A stretch of 32,494 bases of DNA from a virus (Duplodnaviria; Caudoviricetes): IMG/VR virus record IMGVR_UViG_3300014613_000067, positions 1 to 32,494 of that record, one strand, 5' to 3'. A program made the translations under genes and the position numbers. The notes under the pieces are model-generated. The model had not been told where the DNA came from. It saw only the letters and a program-made list of their open reading frames with translations, and searched no databases. Positions 26,622-32,494 of this stretch are shown here, one piece after another; within the stretch, counting starts at the first letter, position 1, and each line of letters starts with the position of its first letter.

Positions 26622-28367
26622 TTAAGCCGCTCCTGCCTGTGCCATTAAACCGGGTAGGTTTTTGAATATTTCGCCACCACTCGCCTGATCCGCCTCGGCC
26701 AAAGTCTTGGCCCCTGCTAATCCCTCCATAAGCTGCCTCTTGGCCGCCTCGGCTTGTGCCAGATCCTCCCTGACCTGGCGCATTTTATCCACCTCTTCGG
26801 TAGACCTGGTAGCCTTTTGAGGGTAATTATTGGATTCCAGTATCTCCCTGGCTGTCTCGTCCTCGTTCACAACATCCAGCACATGAGGGAACATCTCGGC
26901 CAGGGGTTGCAGGGCTATGAGACCCTGGGTAATGCTTTGTGTTTTAAAAAGCCGCCGTTGGGCCTGGGCCAGAGGGCCTAAATAAGTGACGCCGATGGGA
27001 CCCGCGCCGTAATCCCAGTAGATCTGGGGGACCTCCGGTAATCTCCCTGCCCTGTATTCGATCTGAAACACCCTGTTCATATTGGGATCAAGGCAATCCT
27101 GGTTAAGTCTGCCGATTGCCGTAGCCATGAGGGCCGCTTTCTCGCCGGCCCGCTCCAGGATCTCTGTAGCGGTCATCTGCCGTTTCGCCCTGGTCAGCAT
27201 AAGAAAAAAATCAAGATGAAAATGCCGCTCGATCACATCCCTGATACGGTCCTCCCTGTCAGTGCCGATCGGGTAATTAATCCCGGTCTGGACAGGCGTA
27301 ACGATCCGATTATGATCGTCACCATAATAATTAAAACCGTGCGGTATGATGTTGACCTTACCTAACAGTTCCGCCGGAACGTTATAAGCCGGATCTACCG
27401 ACATGCGGCTCGATCTGAGCATATCCTTGCTGATAAGGTTTAAAGACATGATATCGGCAAGGGCGAACATGGCCGGGCTGCGGCCGTAGGTTTCGAGGCT
27501 GCTCTTGCGGTACCGCCAGACATGGTACGGTAGACCGTCGTAACCCCACTCACTTATGACCTTCCTGGAGGTTATATCCACCCAAACAGATGCAAACGAC
27601 TTATTGAGCCCGTCCAGCTTATCGGGATTGCGCTTGGTCCTGGGGTAAACGGCGTGCAGGTACGGATATTTTTCGTATGGATTTGTTTCAAGGGAACGCT
27701 GGGCGGCATCCGATAGTTTTCCCTTACCGAATCGCTCCTTCGCCTTCTTGGCTGTCAGCTTTTCCTTTCTGAAAACGGTGTCCACTTCGCCGTATTGGTT
27801 CTCTGCGATATATACCTGGCCGGGGTGCATTGTGGTGAATGCGATCTTCCCCTCACCCTTATTCTCTTCCGAGTAGATCGTTGCCGTGCCGATCGTGCCG
27901 CCGTCCTCAAAGTAGGGCGTCATGGCGGAGTAAAAGTTAGAACGCTGATAGGCCCGGTACATGCCTATATCCGCTTCCTGGAGCCAGGCCTTTATCTCCG
28001 GGATGTCCTCCATATACTCATACCTGGCAATATAGGGCCTCATTGGCCCCCTCGTCATAGCGCCGGGTTGGCGGGCCGATAAACGGTCCTTCACCGACAC
28101 CTTGAGAGTCTGTCTGAACCACAAAATATTGGCCGGGATAAGGTGGCCGCTCATCCCATCCACATACACCTGCACGGCGTAAATAGGGTTGCCGTTATAT
28201 ATCTTGGTGGCCAGGCGCTGGCCCTCGGCCTTCTCCATCCTGATATCTTCCCTGATAGGGGCGACATGGTCGGCTACATCCTGCCATGTCTCCTCGTAGG
28301 GGTTGCGGATCTCCTCCAGGTTTTTTTGAGCTGATAGGAGGCTTTTTGCTATTTCATCTTCTGGCAT
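26622..28367 (-). CDS. Portal (head-tail connector, T7 gp8-like)
   Basis: SNFY, GTATIY, VDTVFR, YGRSPAM, MTATEI, YLGPLAQAQR. Confidence 0.93.
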   Translation of the reverse strand: MPEDEIAKSLLSAQKNLEEIRNPYEETWQDVADHVAPIREDIRMEKAEGQRLATKIYNGNPIYAVQVYVDGMSGHLIPANILWFRQTLKVSVKDRLSARQPGAMTRGPMRPYIARYEYMEDIPEIKAWLQEADIGMYRAYQRSNFYSAMTPYFEDGGTIGTATIYSEENKGEGKIAFTTMHPGQVYIAENQYGEVDTVFRKEKLTAKKAKERFGKGKLSDAAQRSLETNPYEKYPYLHAVYPRTKRNPDKLDGLNKSFASVWVDITSRKVISEWGYDGLPYHVWRYRKSSLETYGRSPAMFALADIMSLNLISKDMLRSSRMSVDPAYNVPAELLGKVNIIPHGFNYYGDDHNRIVTPVQTGINYPIGTDREDRIRDVIERHFHLDFFLMLTRAKRQMTATEILERAGEKAALMATAIGRLNQDCLDPNMNRVFQIEYRAGRLPEVPQIYWDYGAGPIGVTYLGPLAQAQRRLFKTQSITQGLIALQPLAEMFPHVLDVVNEDETAREILESNNYPQKATRSTEEVDKMRQVREDLAQAEAAKRQLMEGLAGAKTLAEADQASGGEIFKNLPGLMAQAGAA

Positions 28368-28587
28368 CCCTCTGTTTCCTCAATGATTCGTCTTTGCTCT
28401 GCGGCCTTTTCCAACTGGCCAGCATTGTTAGATGCTCGATGCGCTTGATGTGAAACTCCTTTAATTTTTCTATGATCTCAGGTTTATCTCCCGGCACGGT
28501 CTCCAGGGTGTAGCCCTCCACAACAATCGGTCTCTTGACCAGATCTTCCAACTTTTTTACACTTTCAGGCTTTCTCGGTAGCGACAT
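28354..28587 (-). CDS. Hypothetical protein; N-terminus paralogous to 28591..29169
   Basis: MSLPRKP...GYTLETVPG. Confidence 0.7.
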   Translation of the reverse strand: MSLPRKPESVKKLEDLVKRPIVVEGYTLETVPGDKPEIIEKLKEFHIKRIEHLTMLASWKRPQSKDESLRKQRDARR

Positions 28588-28590
28588 GGA

Positions 28591-29169
28591 TCAGGTGCCC
28601 AATTTCTCTTTTTTTGTTGTCGGTTTTCCATACACGCCCTTCCCGCCGGTAAGGATGGTATTGCCGGACCTGGTGCCTGGGCGTTGGCCGGCCTCTCCAC
28701 CGCCCTTGCGCTTCCATGCTTCACTTTGCTTCGCAAACTCTTCAACGTCCGCCGCCTTCTTGGCTTCTTCTTCCTGTAATTTACTCCTGGTCGCCCCATG
28801 GGGGTCCTCCAGCTTCCAGTCGTAGGTCTCGTAAGAATGCGTTAGATTAAAGGGCTGCCACCTTGCAGTTTCTTCGGGAGCTTTATCCCATACCGGGCCT
28901 GTGTAGGCTCCAGCTTTGATAGCTGCCTCTCTTTGTGCGGGCGTCTGAGTGGTCTGTGTGCTGCCAAGAGCGACATGCTTGGTTGTTTTGTAACCAGATG
29001 GGTAGAATTGGGCTGCCCCCGAATACCATCTCTCCACATTTACCGTTTTTGGCACCTTGACATACTTTCCGCCTGGCACCGTTCCAAGGGTAAAGCCGCC
29101 TATCTCCACTTCCCTGGTGGCCAATTTCTCCAGCTCGCCTATCTCTTTTGGTTTTCTCGGTAAAGTCAT
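28591..29169 (-). CDS. Chimeric pre-portal protein
   Basis: MTLPRKP... N-terminus; NTILTG...KLG C-terminus. Confidence 0.75.
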   Translation of the reverse strand: MTLPRKPKEIGELEKLATREVEIGGFTLGTVPGGKYVKVPKTVNVERWYSGAAQFYPSGYKTTKHVALGSTQTTQTPAQREAAIKAGAYTGPVWDKAPEETARWQPFNLTHSYETYDWKLEDPHGATRSKLQEEEAKKAADVEEFAKQSEAWKRKGGGEAGQRPGTRSGNTILTGGKGVYGKPTTKKEKLGT

Positions 29170-29172
29170 TTT

Positions 29173-29502
29173 TTATTCCCCCAATTTTCTTTTTAGTTTT
29201 GTCTTTTGGGTGGCCGGCGCTTCTGTCAGCAACCCCGTAAGTATTGTGCTTGACCTGCCTCTCGCCTGGCTCGATATCTTTTTCTTTGCCTTTTCCAGCT
29301 CTTCCTTGTTAGCCTCGTCATAGGGACTGGGTGGCGGTACATATACCGGTGGAGGCTCCGGAGGGGGGGGCGGTTCATATGCGGGTGGAGGTGCCGGAGG
29401 TGGAGGAGAACTCCCCCCCTTGCAATGGACTGACAGGGTACCTCCGGGGGGATCAATAAAACTTAGTGGTAACCCCTTAAGACTTTTAACAAATATCATC
29501 AT
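29173..29502 (-). CDS. Pro-rich pre-portal virion protein
   Basis: CKGG, poly-Pro, GRSSTILTG...KLGE. Confidence 0.75.
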   Translation of the reverse strand: MMIFVKSLKGLPLSFIDPPGGTLSVHCKGGSSPPPPAPPPAYEPPPPPEPPPVYVPPPSPYDEANKEELEKAKKKISSQARGRSSTILTGLLTEAPATQKTKLKRKLGE

Positions 29503-30044
29503 ATTACCTCGCTCCTTAATATGGATAACATGGTATAATCCGTCCAGCGGCCATCAACCTGTGCCCACTGTCTTAAGCGGCCATCCTTCCGAAATCCCAG
29601 GCGACGCGCAAGGCGTATAGCTGCCCTGTGCCTCGTAATGCCTATCAACATTCGTAGATTGTATTTTTCGAAAAACAAGGGTATGCCATCCCTCAAAATA
29701 GCGGTGATCATCCTATGATTAAGATATCCCTTGCGTTTGAATATGTTGATCGTGGCGTAATGGCCCGGATAAATATTGTCCAGGTACGCCCCGCCTACAA
29801 CCTGGCCGTTGTCTATCCCTGTCATTGATTCCCTGGCCGTTTCCCGGTACCATATCCTGAAGGCCTCATAATTTTTGACCTCGCCTTTGTCCGCCCAAAA
29901 AGAGCCCCATTCCTTCAAAATTTCCCAAAACCCTTCAAAGTGGCTCTCATCGGTTTTAACCACTTCAACCGGTCCGGATCTGAATATGGCCTTGATTGTG
30001 CCGATCGTGCCGGACCTGACTATGATTTCAGGCATACCTTTCAT
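29499..30044 (-). CDS. GNAT-fold (RimJ/RimL-like) acetyltransferase
   Basis: AIRLARRLGFRKDGRLR...DYTMLSILRSE. Confidence 0.8.
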   Translation of the reverse strand: MKGMPEIIVRSGTIGTIKAIFRSGPVEVVKTDESHFEGFWEILKEWGSFWADKGEVKNYEAFRIWYRETARESMTGIDNGQVVGGAYLDNIYPGHYATINIFKRKGYLNHRMITAILRDGIPLFFEKYNLRMLIGITRHRAAIRLARRLGFRKDGRLRQWAQVDGRWTDYTMLSILRSEVI

Positions 30045-30163
30045 TTTTTATTTGCCATAATGGCCCTGTGTTGTCCCTTGGCCTTTTTGACACTCCGGTG
30101 CGTCTTGATCTTCTTACCACTGCGCTTCCCTGTGCAGTGGTAGACTGTGCGGCCTTTTCTCAT
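30041..30163 (-). CDS. Small very basic protein (40 aa, MRKGRTVYHCTGKRSGKK...)
   Basis: Translated by hand; ATGA overlap with the GNAT gene. Confidence 0.55.
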   Translation of the reverse strand: MRKGRTVYHCTGKRSGKKIKTHRSVKKAKGQHRAIMANKK

Positions 30164-30186
30164 CGTTCAACCTTAAGCCGGGGGGG

Positions 30187-30909
30187 TTAACCGCTTATCA
30201 GCTCCGCTTTTTGTTGTACGCTGATCGCGGAATCGTATTGCAGCCGAAATGTCTGGTTGTCGCCCTGGGCGTCTATGCGAAATGTGCTCGCCCCTGTAAC
30301 AAATACACCCTCTCGATCAAGAGCCCTGAGCGTGCCGGTTACGGTCGTGCCGCTGTTATCTTCTGTCGGCTGCCAGAGGTAGATCGGTGACGTGCTCGTG
30401 TCCGGTTTTGTCAGGCTGAATTCATAGCCGTCATTGGCCGCTGTGGGGGTTACCGGTGCAACTGTCAGCCCAGTAAACGCTTTTGCCCATACGGTTAAGC
30501 CGGTCGTCCCCAAGGGGAGGGCGCTGTTTGAGATAGCCGTCAAATCTATCTCAAAGGTACTCGCCTTATACAGCGATGGATCAAGAATAAAAATAGATGC
30601 GCCGCTCTCCTCCGTAGCAGTGAGCTGGTTGTAGTTTGTCACTTTAAAGACACGCGAATAGAAGCGGCTGACACCGGCGTCCGTTATGGTGTCATCCCCT
30701 GAACCGCAAAAATCGAGATTTCTCGTAACGCCCAGGTCTCGAAATCCGCCCTCGCCCCAGGGGTTGGTAGCCCGGCCGACCGTGCCCTGGTTTTTATACT
30801 GCGGATCAAACTCATATCTCGCATAGACCGTGCCCGCCAAAACAATCAGCAGAAAGAAAAATGTTAACCAGCTCCCGGTTAATCTCTTGATAACCTTTCC
30901 CATTTTCAT
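30187..30909 (-). CDS. Virion-module beta protein with signal peptide
   Basis: KVIKRLTGSWLTFFFLLIVLAGTVYA; RBS TAAGGAGG. Confidence 0.8.
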   Translation of the reverse strand: MKMGKVIKRLTGSWLTFFFLLIVLAGTVYARYEFDPQYKNQGTVGRATNPWGEGGFRDLGVTRNLDFCGSGDDTITDAGVSRFYSRVFKVTNYNQLTATEESGASIFILDPSLYKASTFEIDLTAISNSALPLGTTGLTVWAKAFTGLTVAPVTPTAANDGYEFSLTKPDTSTSPIYLWQPTEDNSGTTVTGTLRALDREGVFVTGASTFRIDAQGDNQTFRLQYDSAISVQQKAELISG

Positions 30910-30936
30910 GTCCCTCCTTATCTCTTTAAAACCGCG

Positions 30937-32472
30937 TTAAGATCTCAGTGGATCCCATTCGTTCCTCTTTGCGTCAAAACCTGCCGGCAGTGGAACTTTA
31001 TATTCCGGAAATTTGACCTTTATTTCCGGGTCAAGGATTCTGGACTTATTGTCCAGGCTGTCGTCATGGAGCGCATAGGGCCAGATTTTATACTCCTCGT
31101 TGACGAACGCCTTTACCACGTCCTCCTGTTGACCCAGGTGATTGACCCTGATCAGGGTCTCAGGGATATAAAAACGATGCTCCTGAAAAATAGGGATCAG
31201 TTTCTCTATCCGGTCGCTCTTGGCCAGCTTGCCGCCTAATGGGTTGATTTCAAAATGGTAGTTCTCCCGGTCCTGAACTCCCTCTATATGCTCGATGTCG
31301 GCCTGGAGACCGTACTCCTCATACCAGACGCCCAGAGGCATGTAGGTCCTGTGAAAATAAAACAGCCTGGCCGCCTTCTCTGTCAGGTTCAGCCGGTCCC
31401 GGATGCCGTCTACCCAGTAATAATTTTTATCCGCCCCCAGGCCGATCACATCCATGACGGTATAGTCGTTCGTGTTCTTCTTTTTAGAGCTGCTCGGATC
31501 GACTAAGATGTACAGGTTGAGGTTGTTAAACTTTTGGGCCGGCCAGTATCTCAGCCACTCTTCATCGAAACCGATTACGCTGTCAGATTTTGGATTGAGC
31601 AGGATCTGGCAGGCGAATACATAGCTGCTCAGTTTCTTTTTTTTATCCGCCATGTATTCGTCTGAATAAAGCACCGGTTTCCCGGTGATCGTCCCGTTAT
31701 CGGTCCCGGGATAGATGCGAGGGATTGCCGCCCCTCTCTCCATGATGGTGTGATAGGTGTCTGCGAAGTGATAAATGGTGCCGACAAAGCGTTCCCTGCC
31801 GCCGTCCTTGCCCAGGTTCTCGGACAACTCCCAGTATTTTGTGATCTTCTTTATCCGTTCGATATTGGTTACGCTATCTTCCGTAATAATATCGTCATAT
31901 ATGCGCACCCCGAAGTGCTTGCTGGTCGGTTGACCGTCCACCAGGCCCCAGGCCTCCAGGGTGGCCTCTCTCGGGTTCCCTTTCCTTTTGACGATTATGC
32001 CGTCATTCTCCGACCACTTGGGCGCCTCCCTCTCCGGATTCCGCCACAGGACCTCGGGGAAGAGGCCCTTCAGTTCCGCGTTGCCCTCGAATTCCCTTTT
32101 GATCTGGTTCAGGAATCCCTTTGCGATGGGCCGGTTAAACGCAAAAATCCCGAAAGTCTCCTCGGGATCTTTTAAAATATCCTGTATGGTCAGGCCGAAA
32201 GTGATAATCGTACTCTTGTAATGCTCACGTGCCCATAAATCTAAGAATCCGTCCGGCTCCGCCTGGACCTCCCGGCACCTGTCGAAAAGCCAGTCTTTTT
32301 TATACTCCGGCCCCTCGTTCATGTGGGATTGTCCCAGCAGGTAAACGAGCAAAAAATAAAGGTCCTTCAGGGCTAAGGCCTTCATCAGAGGGCTTGTTTG
32401 ATCTTTGCGCCTCGTCGCCTCGCTAATGAGGTCCAGATATTCCTTTTGAACTGCCTGTCTCGCTGATAGCAT
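30937..32472 (-). CDS. terL: Terminase large subunit
   Basis: WAREHYKST, IYDDII, GTIYHFAD, ILVDPS, HDDSLD. Confidence 0.93.
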   Translation of the reverse strand: MLSARQAVQKEYLDLISEATRRKDQTSPLMKALALKDLYFLLVYLLGQSHMNEGPEYKKDWLFDRCREVQAEPDGFLDLWAREHYKSTIITFGLTIQDILKDPEETFGIFAFNRPIAKGFLNQIKREFEGNAELKGLFPEVLWRNPEREAPKWSENDGIIVKRKGNPREATLEAWGLVDGQPTSKHFGVRIYDDIITEDSVTNIERIKKITKYWELSENLGKDGGRERFVGTIYHFADTYHTIMERGAAIPRIYPGTDNGTITGKPVLYSDEYMADKKKKLSSYVFACQILLNPKSDSVIGFDEEWLRYWPAQKFNNLNLYILVDPSSSKKKNTNDYTVMDVIGLGADKNYYWVDGIRDRLNLTEKAARLFYFHRTYMPLGVWYEEYGLQADIEHIEGVQDRENYHFEINPLGGKLAKSDRIEKLIPIFQEHRFYIPETLIRVNHLGQQEDVVKAFVNEEYKIWPYALHDDSLDNKSRILDPEIKVKFPEYKVPLPAGFDAKRNEWDPLRS

Positions 32473-32494
32473 TTACCCTGTCCTTTAGTTCGGG

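Noticed and set aside
14433-32426. Numerous plus-strand ORFs, e.g. 24650..25651 and 14433..15143
   Set aside because: Antisense shadows of well-supported minus-strand genes, with no recognisable motifs
1-32494. Genome-wide stop codon reassignment
   Set aside because: Core genes are intact under the standard code and TGA ends several of them; only one interrupting TGA was found

Overview
The whole window is part of a temperate podovirus-type phage with a BPP-1/T7-like head-tail gene order; the host is probably a Desulfobacterota/deltaproteobacterium (inference). The minus strand from 32.5 to 8.7 kb carries terminase, GNAT, portal, scaffold, major capsid, cement, tail adaptor, nozzle, three internal virion proteins, tail fibre/accessory proteins and lysis genes. 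An attP-like site built on the 3' half of tRNA-Pro(CGG) lies at about 8.6 kb. The plus strand from 5 to 8.3 kb holds two HTH regulators, an integrase remnant and a repeat-punctuated accessory operon. The minus strand below 4.8 kb holds early/replication genes (C5 methyltransferase, prim-pol). Three observations stand out. (1) Four virion-module proteins, including the conserved tail nozzle, have Sec-type signal peptides, and the same four are strongly enriched in an [S/T]-G-x-[S/T] motif; this suggests export and glycosylation of virion parts. (2) A lysis-cassette gene has an in-frame TGA at a probable Cys position followed by a SECIS-like hairpin, making it a candidate phage selenoprotein. 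(3) A hairpin-delimited cassette operon carries a very acidic candidate anti-defence protein. Family assignments come from motif recognition and synteny only, and all counts were made by hand.
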